This document shows positions 36,545 through 44,849 of a stretch of DNA of 64,000 bases, piece by piece (positions within the stretch are counted from its first letter, which is position 1; each line of letters begins with the position of its first letter). Where the stretch lies: positions 62,001-126,000 of IMG/VR virus record IMGVR_UViG_3300042326_002445. One strand, 5' to 3'. The notes under the pieces are model-generated. The model worked only from the letters and a program-made list of their open reading frames with translations, was not told the origin of the DNA and did no database searches. A program made the translations under genes and the position numbers.

Positions 36545-38489
36545 TCTAGAAGAAATAAAAAATAAACTTTCTAATTCTTCTAGGTATGCTCAATTGAATA
36601 GTATTGGCAAACAAAGATGTATAGATGAAATAGAATCAATGAACTTTTCTCCTGGGCTATCTGGAGATACTGTGTTAGAAGAGTTCTTTGCCCTTGTTAA
36701 AAAACTGGAAGGCAAAAATGGTTCTAAAAATTCCATAAATAGTTTTGTTGCCTATTGCTTTGAAATGACATCAAAGCTTCCTGACATAAAAGATGAATTC
36801 TTGCCGTCTCGACGCATTTTTGCTAGAGCTGGATTTCCTGATATTGACGCAGATTTTGACTATGAAAGACGACATGAGGTATATGAATATCTGATTGAAA
36901 AGTACGGGAGAGATAGAGTCGGGAATATTGGGACTTATGGCACATTAAAAATGAAAAGCTATATTACCAGAGTTGTTAAGGCTCTTGATCTAACAAATAG
37001 TTTTCATTTAGGTAAGGAAAGTTATGTCAAAAACAACAACATGTTAGTTCGTGAGATCATAGATTCTTTGCCTGAGCAAAAAGGTGCATTTTTAAAGGTT
37101 AGAGATGACGAAGGTGAAGATCATGTTATAAAAAATCTTTCTGACGCCATGGCTCACTGCGATTCTTTTTCTCAATATATGAAAAAGTATTCCCAGATAT
37201 CTGAACATTCAAAAAGGATAGAAGGTTTGGCTTCAAGTTACGGGGTTCACGCTGCAGGAATTGTGATATCTGGAGAGCCCTTGGCTCAAGTCGCTCCATT
37301 AAGAGCCACAAGTAAGTCTGATGAAAATTCTGGAGCGGAATATGCCACGCAATTTGCTTATGAAGATCTTGAATATCTAGGGCTTATTAAATTTGACATA
37401 TTGGCTCTTAGTACGTTGAGTGTAATATCTGAAACTGTAAAAACTATAAAAGAACGTCTTAACATTGATATTGATGTTCAAAAATTACCGCTCGATGATG
37501 AAAAATCATTTGAGCTTTACAGGAGCGGTAATTTGACAGGTGTCTTTCAATGTGAAGAAAAAGGTATGCAAAAGACCATGATGCAAATGGGGGTGGACAG
37601 ATTTGAAGACATTTGCGCAGGCATAGCTCTATTTAGACCTGGACCAATGGCTAGTATTCCAAAATATTGTGCTAGAAAAAATGGGACAGAGCAAATAGAC
37701 TATTATCATGAGTCTATTGTCAAATATGTTGAAAAAATTTTAAAACCCACATATGGCATTCTTGTATATCAAGAACAGGTTATGCAGATTTGTAACAGCC
37801 TTGCTGGGATGACCGTAAGCGATGGATATCAAGTTATTAAAGCTGTAGGCAAGAAAAAAGAAGATCAATTAAATAAATACAAATCTATCTTTGTTGATGG
37901 ATGTTGCATTAATGGAGTTGATAAATCCCTGGCTTCTAGATATTGGAATGAATTTATTATGCCATTTGCAGCGTATGGATTCAATAAATCACATTCTTAT
38001 TGCTATGGTCTTTTAAGTTATCAAACTGCATATTTAAAAGCTAATTTTCCATCAGAGTTTATGCTGAGCTATCTAAACGTTGAATGTTTACAAAAGAAAT
38101 GGGATCGTGTAGATTTGCTTATTGATGAAACTAAGAGAATGGGTATTTCAATAGGGTTAAAAAATCTTAATGTTTGCAAGCTTAAATTTGTGATGAACGA
38201 AGATCGCGTTGGAAATAGGGTAAAATATTACATTACACCATCTTTATTGTGCAAAGGTTTAAAAATGAGCGCAGCTGAAGAGATACAAGAAAAGCAGCCA
38301 TTTAAAAGTTATGAAGATTTTGTTCAAAAAGTTGACACTAGCGTTGTGGATACCGAAGCTATTACTGCATTGCAAGACGCTGGATTCTTCCCAAAAACAA
38401 AAGACCCAGTAGAGAAATTTGTAAAACTTAGAGATCATATACGAGCAACACGAAAAAAAGGCATGAGCGGTGTCGATATATTTCAATAA
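36537..38489 (+). CDS. dnaE: DNA polymerase III alpha, C-terminal piece (catalytic palm, thumb, fingers; no OB/CTD)
   Basis: FPDIDADF (36837), GVHAAG, TQF, GLIKFDILAL (Asp 37395), GVFQCE, ALFRPGP, GILVYQEQVM, YGFNKSHS; TTG start with SD AAGGAG 7 nt upstream. Confidence 0.92.
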   Translation: MSNLEEIKNKLSNSSRYAQLNSIGKQRCIDEIESMNFSPGLSGDTVLEEFFALVKKLEGKNGSKNSINSFVAYCFEMTSKLPDIKDEFLPSRRIFARAGFPDIDADFDYERRHEVYEYLIEKYGRDRVGNIGTYGTLKMKSYITRVVKALDLTNSFHLGKESYVKNNNMLVREIIDSLPEQKGAFLKVRDDEGEDHVIKNLSDAMAHCDSFSQYMKKYSQISEHSKRIEGLASSYGVHAAGIVISGEPLAQVAPLRATSKSDENSGAEYATQFAYEDLEYLGLIKFDILALSTLSVISETVKTIKERLNIDIDVQKLPLDDEKSFELYRSGNLTGVFQCEEKGMQKTMMQMGVDRFEDICAGIALFRPGPMASIPKYCARKNGTEQIDYYHESIVKYVEKILKPTYGILVYQEQVMQICNSLAGMTVSDGYQVIKAVGKKKEDQLNKYKSIFVDGCCINGVDKSLASRYWNEFIMPFAAYGFNKSHSYCYGLLSYQTAYLKANFPSEFMLSYLNVECLQKKWDRVDLLIDETKRMGISIGLKNLNVCKLKFVMNEDRVGNRVKYYITPSLLCKGLKMSAAEEIQEKQPFKSYEDFVQKVDTSVVDTEAITALQDAGFFPKTKDPVEKFVKLRDHIRATRKKGMSGVDIFQ

Positions 38490-38492
38490 GCT

Positions 38493-38789
38493 ATGAATAT
38501 AGAAATACGAAAATCAATATCTAGAAAAATAAATACTGGACAATATGAAAATATTGTAATTACTTGTGAGTTACAAGGTAACTCTGTTGTTGAAAATGAT
38601 GCAGACTTATATAAATTACAAAAAGAGATAACAGATAAGCTAATTAAAGATTATGTTATTACAGAGAATGCAGTTCTTGAAGAGCTTGAGTTACAAGAAA
38701 AAAAAGCTTTTATGGAGTCGCCAAGCACTGCTGATAATAAAGTAAAATTGTCTTTAACTCCAGAGCAGGAAAGTGAGTTGTTTGGATGA
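38493..38789 (+). CDS. Hypothetical phage protein
   Basis: RKINTGQYENIVI resembles a motif recurrent in small phage proteins (recalled, not searched). Confidence 0.55.
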   Translation: MNIEIRKSISRKINTGQYENIVITCELQGNSVVENDADLYKLQKEITDKLIKDYVITENAVLEELELQEKKAFMESPSTADNKVKLSLTPEQESELFG

Positions 38790-39913
38790 TTGACAAAAAC
38801 GATCTCGATGATATATTTGGAATACCTCAAGATGGAAGTCATCTTGATGATGATAGTGGTAGCACAGATGATGTAGCCTTTGGTGGAGTTGTTTCTCAAA
38901 ACAGTAATAAAACTTTTTTTGATCAAGTAAATGTTTTGATTAATGATACAAATTCTATAGCTAAATCTGAAGATGAAATTATAAAGGATTCTAAAATTAA
39001 AAAAGATAAAAAAGAATCAGGAGGCGATGGCGATGAGCTTCAAATTAAAAAAAATAATCAATCAGCACAAACGCATAGTGAAGATACTACTTCCCTCAAC
39101 AGCAAAGCCGATCATAAAGTTCTTGCCGAATCCGATGAACTTCTGGGAGATAAACTTCATACCAGAGAAGGACTTCATAGACCTGAGATGGATAACGCCG
39201 TCAAGAGCAATGCAGTTGAAGCGCAAGTAATAATAAAACTAAGCGAGTGGAATGTTAATTCAAAAGACTTGTCATTTGCATCATTTTATGAAATGAAAAA
39301 AGATGCTTTGTCAAGCTGGCTATTGCCTGGTGGTGAAATTAATTTTATACATACACACGATGAACTGGTGAATGCAAAAGTTGATTTAAGTACAATAGAA
39401 TTTGGTGATTTACACGCCATGTTTGATGCATTAAAAGGTGTTCAGCACTGGAAGGACAGAGTAGTTGAAATCAGTTTAAGAGTTAATGCTCAATATTATT
39501 CGTGGAAAAGAGCTATAGATCTTTTCCGTGGCACTCTTGCAAGAATGCATTATGAAAAGCCAGCGGAAAAACAGGATGGCGTAGTTATGGAACACATGGG
39601 AGATATGATAAGATATTTCTCTCAACTTGAATCTTTGCATGCAAATGTAGATGCAATTGTTAGAAATTTGGATAATGCTTTCGATTGTATATCAAGACAA
39701 ATAACTGTTTCATTGCCACAAATTACAAAAGATACTGATAGTTTAGAAAAAAGAGCTTCTAAAAGTATTCACAATGCCAGTGCAACACATGATGGTTTTG
39801 CCGATATAATGCAATCAGCAGATCGTTTGCCGTTGAGCAAAAGTTCTGCTTTTAAAAACAATAACGCCTCTTCTTCAAAGAAGATAGGCACAGTCGAATG
39901 GAATGAGATCTAA
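38786..39913 (+). CDS. Hypothetical protein, acidic disordered N-terminus plus helical C-terminus (possible recombination mediator)
   Basis: Lies immediately before SSB and RecA; helical segment ending DCISRQIT. Confidence 0.4.
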   Translation: MIDKNDLDDIFGIPQDGSHLDDDSGSTDDVAFGGVVSQNSNKTFFDQVNVLINDTNSIAKSEDEIIKDSKIKKDKKESGGDGDELQIKKNNQSAQTHSEDTTSLNSKADHKVLAESDELLGDKLHTREGLHRPEMDNAVKSNAVEAQVIIKLSEWNVNSKDLSFASFYEMKKDALSSWLLPGGEINFIHTHDELVNAKVDLSTIEFGDLHAMFDALKGVQHWKDRVVEISLRVNAQYYSWKRAIDLFRGTLARMHYEKPAEKQDGVVMEHMGDMIRYFSQLESLHANVDAIVRNLDNAFDCISRQITVSLPQITKDTDSLEKRASKSIHNASATHDGFADIMQSADRLPLSKSSAFKNNNASSSKKIGTVEWNEI

Positions 39914-39933
39914 TTTTTAGAAAGAGGTAACAA

Positions 39934-40581
39934 ATGGGACTAGTTGATTGGACATCGTTTGGTAAGGGAGAAAAGTCAGGTAATGGAGCAAAGTACCTGA
40001 AGCTTGAGGCTGGCAAGTCTTATCGCATACGGCCTGTATTCAAGCCACACATTTTCTATAAGTATTTTGTTGAAAGACCTCAGGGAGGTTTTGGCCAGGC
40101 TATTACCGATACTCCAGATTCTTGTGTAATCAGAAAGAAGTATGGAGAGCAGGCAAAGCAGCGTTTTGCAGTTAATGTGATTGACAGAGCAGACGGCATT
40201 ATTAAGGTCCTTGAGGGCCCTATTAGTATCCTGAAGCAGTTTTCCACATGGGCTAGTGAGACTGGCACAGATCCTGGCAGCAAGGATGGTGGTGAATTTG
40301 CGATTAGAGTTGAATGCCCAGGGAATGATAAGAAGAAGACTAGGTATGTGGTCAGCTTTATTAACTATGCGCCATTTACAGATGAGGAAAAAGCTCTTAT
40401 CAAGTCTGGAGCTATGAATGATCTTGAGAACTTGTATAAGGCCACTCCTCAAGAGCAGATTGAGGCTAAGGTTTATGGATCTGAAGAAGATTCTGGCTCA
40501 TCATCTCAAAAGGGCAAAAAGGCTCCAGAGAAGCAGGGTGCTTCTTCGAAGTCGCAACTTTCTGACGATCTTGACTTTTAA
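39934..40581 (+). CDS. Single-stranded DNA-binding protein, gp32-like
   Basis: YLKLEAGKSYRIRPV, FAVNVIDRADGIIKVLE, DPGSKDGGEFAIRVE, TRYVV, acidic tail SDDLDF; SD GAGGT. Confidence 0.75.
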   Translation: MGLVDWTSFGKGEKSGNGAKYLKLEAGKSYRIRPVFKPHIFYKYFVERPQGGFGQAITDTPDSCVIRKKYGEQAKQRFAVNVIDRADGIIKVLEGPISILKQFSTWASETGTDPGSKDGGEFAIRVECPGNDKKKTRYVVSFINYAPFTDEEKALIKSGAMNDLENLYKATPQEQIEAKVYGSEEDSGSSSQKGKKAPEKQGASSKSQLSDDLDF

Positions 40582-40601
40582 TTTATTAAGAAGGAAAAAT
40601 A

Positions 40602-41786
40602 ATGAAGAAATCATCGGTTGGTATTGATAATTTGAAAGGCTTTCAGCTTGGAGCAAATGTTGAGGTAAAAGACCTTATCCCAACTGGTCATGCAGAGTTG
40701 GACCACACTATTGCTGCAGGTCTGATGGAGGATGGAGAAAAGTTCACTACAGGTGGTCTTCCTCTTGGTAAGTTATGCCTTTTTTATGGAAATGAAGGAA
40801 GCGGAAAGAGTAGCTTAGCTTATCGCGTTGTTGGATCTGCTCAACGTATGGGGTATAACTGCGCGTGGGTTGATACAGAACATTCTTTTAGCGATCAGCT
40901 TGCTGAAGTAAATGGTGTTGATAAGAAAAAGCTTTTTTATAGTAACCTCATTAACCTTGAAGATCCAGATAAAATTTCTACAGCAGAAAATGTAATGGAT
41001 ATGGTTATTAGCGCATGTGCTAGCAAGAAGATTAACGTCATTGTGCTAGACTCCGTAGCTAATTTGATTCCAGAGCGTGTTATGGATAATGACGCAGATA
41101 AAGATACCGTGGCAGAATTAGCTAGAGTTCTTAGTAAGACACTTGGAAAAATGCTGAGTTTTGCTGCTTCTAACAATGTATTGGTCATTTTTATCAATCA
41201 GTTAAGAGAAAAAATTGGAGTAATGTTTGGCAGTCCAGATACTATGCCAGGAGGAAGAGCTCTCAAACATGCCTCTAGCTTAATACTGAAGGTTACTAAG
41301 CTTGAGTCAAAAGCTCATAACATCATGATGCAAAATGAAGATGGCACAGAGCGTTTGATAGGAAGATATTCTAGCGTCATGATTGAAAAAAATAGATTTG
41401 CAAAACCAAATCAGGGATCTATCCCAGTTGCAATTTATTATGAACCATATTTTCCAGATGTTTCTGACGTTGCATTTGATGCAGGCAGAAATACAAAAGT
41501 GATCAAAGTTAGAAATGGTACTTTTGCATGGAGAGATATCAAGGCGGACGGAAGAAAGGCTTTTATAGATCTCATTAAAGATGCAGATGTTCTTGAAAAG
41601 TTAGTAGAAGAAATTAGAGAGCAGGCCGAAGAGCAGTCTATTGTTTTGCCAATAGAATTGGTAAAGTTTGATAAGGAAAAGTATATTGAGACTATCAAAA
41701 ATACTAAGCCTGCAGGCCAAAGCTCAGATTCTCAGACAGTTAGTGCTAAGAAAAAGAAAGAAGTCCCTGAAGAGGCAGAAGCCTGA
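40602..41786 (+). CDS. recA: RecA recombinase
   Basis: GGLPLGK...YGNEGSGKS, VDTEH, VIVLDSVANL, FINQLREKIGVMFGSPDTMPGGRALKH, KNRF. Confidence 0.95.
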   Translation: MKKSSVGIDNLKGFQLGANVEVKDLIPTGHAELDHTIAAGLMEDGEKFTTGGLPLGKLCLFYGNEGSGKSSLAYRVVGSAQRMGYNCAWVDTEHSFSDQLAEVNGVDKKKLFYSNLINLEDPDKISTAENVMDMVISACASKKINVIVLDSVANLIPERVMDNDADKDTVAELARVLSKTLGKMLSFAASNNVLVIFINQLREKIGVMFGSPDTMPGGRALKHASSLILKVTKLESKAHNIMMQNEDGTERLIGRYSSVMIEKNRFAKPNQGSIPVAIYYEPYFPDVSDVAFDAGRNTKVIKVRNGTFAWRDIKADGRKAFIDLIKDADVLEKLVEEIREQAEEQSIVLPIELVKFDKEKYIETIKNTKPAGQSSDSQTVSAKKKKEVPEEAEA

Positions 41787-42544
41787 TGGAATCAGATCAG
41801 TTCTCAATGCTTGAGAGAGAGCAAATCATAGCTCTTTCTCAAGCATCTTTATATGAGAATAGCAATGACGCTGCTGAGGCAAGAAGTTATTTATTTGAAA
41901 CTAGAAAAATATGTGAAGAAACAGTAAGAGATTTTTATTTAGGATATGTTCCAGTAAGGGTAAACGACAGAAAAATAAGTGGTCGTATTATTTTTCCCAT
42001 TTGGGATTGTCACGGAGAAACCGTTGCTCTTTCAACAAGAGATTTTAGATCTTCTATTAAAAACAGAGGGCATTGGCATGAATCTTTTAATAAAAAACAT
42101 CATTTGTATGGCTGGAAAATGGCAGAGTCTTTTATTAAAGATACTGGTCAGGTTATAGTGGTAGAGGGTCAGTTTGATGTTCTTGCTATGCATTCTCATG
42201 GATTCAAAAATACGGTAGGAATTCTTGGCAGTCATTTGTCAGTATTTCATATTATGTTATTGATAAGATATGCAGATGAGATTGTATTTGCATTTGATAA
42301 CGATGAGGCTGGCAAAAAAGCTTATCAAGAAAGTTACAAAATAATAGCATCAAATGGATTATTGTACGATAAAACATTGAGTTTCTTTAAGGTTGATCTG
42401 GGCGTTCACAAGGATCCAGACGAATTATTAAAGAGTTCAGGAAGAGACGACATGGAAATGCACATAGAAGCATCAAGAAAGGTGAAGAAAAAATATGACG
42501 CAGCACAATGGTCAGCAAATGTATCTGATCTCTCAATTGATTGA
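41786..42544 (+). CDS. dnaG: DnaG-type primase catalytic (TOPRIM) core lacking the zinc-binding domain
   Basis: ARSYL, LGYVP, GRIIFPI, HLYG, VVEGQFDV, FDNDEAG, KDPDE; no CHC2 motif at the N-terminus. Confidence 0.9.
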   Translation: MESDQFSMLEREQIIALSQASLYENSNDAAEARSYLFETRKICEETVRDFYLGYVPVRVNDRKISGRIIFPIWDCHGETVALSTRDFRSSIKNRGHWHESFNKKHHLYGWKMAESFIKDTGQVIVVEGQFDVLAMHSHGFKNTVGILGSHLSVFHIMLLIRYADEIVFAFDNDEAGKKAYQESYKIIASNGLLYDKTLSFFKVDLGVHKDPDELLKSSGRDDMEMHIEASRKVKKKYDAAQWSANVSDLSID

Positions 42545-43430
42545 TCAATTTTTGCTCTACAAGCAAAGTAAGCCTAGTAACAGATCTTATAAGGTATTCC
42601 ACCCAAGCGCATTTGGCAAGTGCCTTCGTAAAATGCAATACCAAAAATATGTTGCAGAGGGAATGATGGAGGCTCCAGTACAGTCTGTTGAGCCGAGAAT
42701 GATAAGAATATGGGATACTGGTCACACTATGCATTCTAGATGGAGTACGTACATGGAGGAACTTGGCGTACTTAGAGGTGTTTGGAAATGCGCCAATCCT
42801 CTTTGCAAGCATATCCATGGAGAGGATGAAAAGATAGGTATTTTTAAGCCAGCAAAATGCGAAAAATGCGATTCTACTAAATTTCATTATGAAGAAATAA
42901 CCATTGATTACCCAGAGTTAAATTTTCATGGACATTGCGATCAGGTCTTAGACTTTGCTAATATGGACGAAGAGTTTAAAAATAGTAGTCAATTTCAATC
43001 CCTTGCTAGTATGATGCAGTTTATGCCATCTTCTCCAATTGTTGTTGACATGAAAACTATTGGGAAGAATCAGTGGTCTAAATTGGAAAAAGGTGCGCAT
43101 TTTTATTATATAGTTCAGCTTACTGTCTATCTACATGTTCTTAATTTAGATATGGGAATTATTATATATGAAAGAAAAGATGATTCCGAAATTAAGATGT
43201 TTAAAGTTACAAGGAATGATGAGTGGTGGAGCGTGATAAACAAGCAGGCTAAGTTAATGCTCAGTATGTTTGAGAAAAAAACTTTGCCACCGCCAAGGCC
43301 CGTAGGAAAAGCAGATTTTGATTGTAAATTTTGTGAATTTAGAGATACATGTCATGACTCTAATATATGGAATTCTCCTAATTTGGATGAATTGAGGAGA
43401 AAATTTTATAGTTTTGATTACTTTGAATAA
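42495..43430 (+). CDS. Cas4-like PD-(D/E)xK exonuclease with Fe-S Cys motif and an inserted zinc-finger-like segment
   Basis: HPSAFGKC, GHTMH, GHCD, VDMKT, QLTVY, CKFCEFRDTC; insert CANPLC...CEKC. Confidence 0.8.
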   Translation: MTQHNGQQMYLISQLIDQFLLYKQSKPSNRSYKVFHPSAFGKCLRKMQYQKYVAEGMMEAPVQSVEPRMIRIWDTGHTMHSRWSTYMEELGVLRGVWKCANPLCKHIHGEDEKIGIFKPAKCEKCDSTKFHYEEITIDYPELNFHGHCDQVLDFANMDEEFKNSSQFQSLASMMQFMPSSPIVVDMKTIGKNQWSKLEKGAHFYYIVQLTVYLHVLNLDMGIIIYERKDDSEIKMFKVTRNDEWWSVINKQAKLMLSMFEKKTLPPPRPVGKADFDCKFCEFRDTCHDSNIWNSPNLDELRRKFYSFDYFE

Positions 43431-43442
43431 TAGGAGATTTGT

Positions 43443-43769
43443 ATGAGTGCACAAAACATTGATAATGTTTTAAAGATTCGTGGAGATAAGGAATTTCAGC
43501 AGAATAATGCCAGTGGAAAAGCATATATCAGAAAGCTTGCTTCTGCGATATTAACAGTTCTTGATAAGTATGATGAAGTTAAGCTTAAAGCTGTTGGGGC
43601 TCCATCGGTTAATAATGCAGTGAAGGCTTTTATTGTTGCAAGAAATATGTCAAAAAACAAGAGTTTAGACCTTGTTTGTACTGCATCTTTTGACGTTGCT
43701 GAATTTGATGGTGGTCAAAAGACTGCGATCATGTTCACCATATTCGCAGATGAGGTTGTTGATGAATAA
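43443..43769 (+). CDS. spoVS: SpoVS family (Alba-like fold) protein
   Basis: LASAIL...VKLKAVGAPSVNNAVKAFIVAR...LDLVCTASF..AEFDGGQKTAIMF aligns with the SpoVS pattern IQAIGAGALNQAVKAVAIAR...LICIPAF...IDGEERTAI; SD AGGAG. Confidence 0.8.
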   Translation: MSAQNIDNVLKIRGDKEFQQNNASGKAYIRKLASAILTVLDKYDEVKLKAVGAPSVNNAVKAFIVARNMSKNKSLDLVCTASFDVAEFDGGQKTAIMFTIFADEVVDE

Positions 43770-44280
43770 TAAAATATCTGAATGCGTTCAAAAGGTTAAA
43801 GATTTAGATAATCTTATAGAGAATTTGTCAAATGAAAAGAAATCTATAGACTCTAAAATGGCAGAATGCAAAAAAGAAAGAGATGCCATTAGGGAATCAA
43901 TATCTCACATGATGAATGAAAATTCTTCTATCTTTGCTACTCTGCATGATGGAACAGAAATTTCTATTAGAAATGGAGTGAAAACTTTTGAATGGCCATC
44001 AGATACTGATATGATAGATTATCTTAAATCAATAGGTAAATTTGAAAAAATATGTACAGTTGAAACTGTCATAAATAAAAGAAAGTTAAAGTCTATATTA
44101 GATGATCTTTGTGACTGTGATGGACTTCCTGATTTTGTAAAAATTAATCAAGAAAAAGTTTTGCAAATTAGGTCTCCTAGTAAGCAGTCAGAAGAAAACG
44201 GCTCTGCAAAACAAGCTTCAAGCAAGTCTCAAAAGATGAGCATAGATGACTTTGATGACAACTCATTAGATGGAATATAA
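43762..44280 (+). CDS. Coiled-coil protein, possibly Mu Gam/Gp157-like; start ATG 43762
   Basis: N-terminal coiled coil, then GTEISIR...DYLKSIG...VETVINKRKLK; SD GAGGT. Confidence 0.4.
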   Translation: MNNKISECVQKVKDLDNLIENLSNEKKSIDSKMAECKKERDAIRESISHMMNENSSIFATLHDGTEISIRNGVKTFEWPSDTDMIDYLKSIGKFEKICTVETVINKRKLKSILDDLCDCDGLPDFVKINQEKVLQIRSPSKQSEENGSAKQASSKSQKMSIDDFDDNSLDGI

Positions 44281-44509
44281 AATGTCAAATGAAGTAGTAT
44301 GTTTAAATTTGTCTTACGACGATAGCAACGACATGTTGCTATGGACTATAAAGTTTCTTCATAATGAAGAAGTTATGAATATAGCATCTCCTGCTGCGTC
44401 TTTTGCAGATGCAGTAGGAATTAAGGGGAAAATTAATAAAGAAGATTGGGAAGAATTTTGCATTAAGATGAAAAACAAAAAATGCAATTTTGTTTTACCT
44501 AAGGAGTAG
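44270..44509 (+). CDS. Hypothetical protein
   Basis: ORF in operon context. Confidence 0.5.
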   Translation: MEYKMSNEVVCLNLSYDDSNDMLLWTIKFLHNEEVMNIASPAASFADAVGIKGKINKEDWEEFCIKMKNKKCNFVLPKE

Positions 44510-44512
44510 CAA

Positions 44513-44848
44513 ATGAGCGACAATGCAAGCAAATTAAAAATTAGAATTTTTGGTGCAAACGAATGTATGTATTGTAAAAAACTTTGTGAAGAAATGTCAA
44601 TGATTGGTGTTCCTTATGATTTTGTAGATGCTAATTCTTCTGAAACTCAACAGCTTTGCGATCAATATAATGTCGATAAATTACCACACACACAGTGTTA
44701 CGATAATATAAATGGAAATATCGTATTTGAGCACGCAGGGACTATAGGTGCTCAAGATTTTATGAATAAATTGGCTGAAAAAATAAGTGGCAAAAAAGGT
44801 GCGACTTTTACAGGGAAGCCAAGATGCAATAATTGTAAGAAAAAATAA
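44513..44848 (+). CDS. Thioredoxin/glutaredoxin-fold protein
   Basis: IRIFGANECMYCKKL, YNVDKLP (cis-Pro), C-terminal CNNC. Confidence 0.75.
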   Translation: MSDNASKLKIRIFGANECMYCKKLCEEMSMIGVPYDFVDANSSETQQLCDQYNVDKLPHTQCYDNINGNIVFEHAGTIGAQDFMNKLAEKISGKKGATFTGKPRCNNCKKK

Positions 44849-44849
44849 A

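Noticed and set aside
36500-36860. Split intein or group I/II intron at the dnaE break
   Set aside because: No Cys/Ser-1, block B TxxH or terminal His-Asn, no homing endonuclease, and no non-coding gap to hold an intron.
42495-43430. Cas4 as evidence of a CRISPR-Cas locus
   Set aside because: No array or other cas genes; stand-alone Cas4-like nucleases are common in phage recombination modules.
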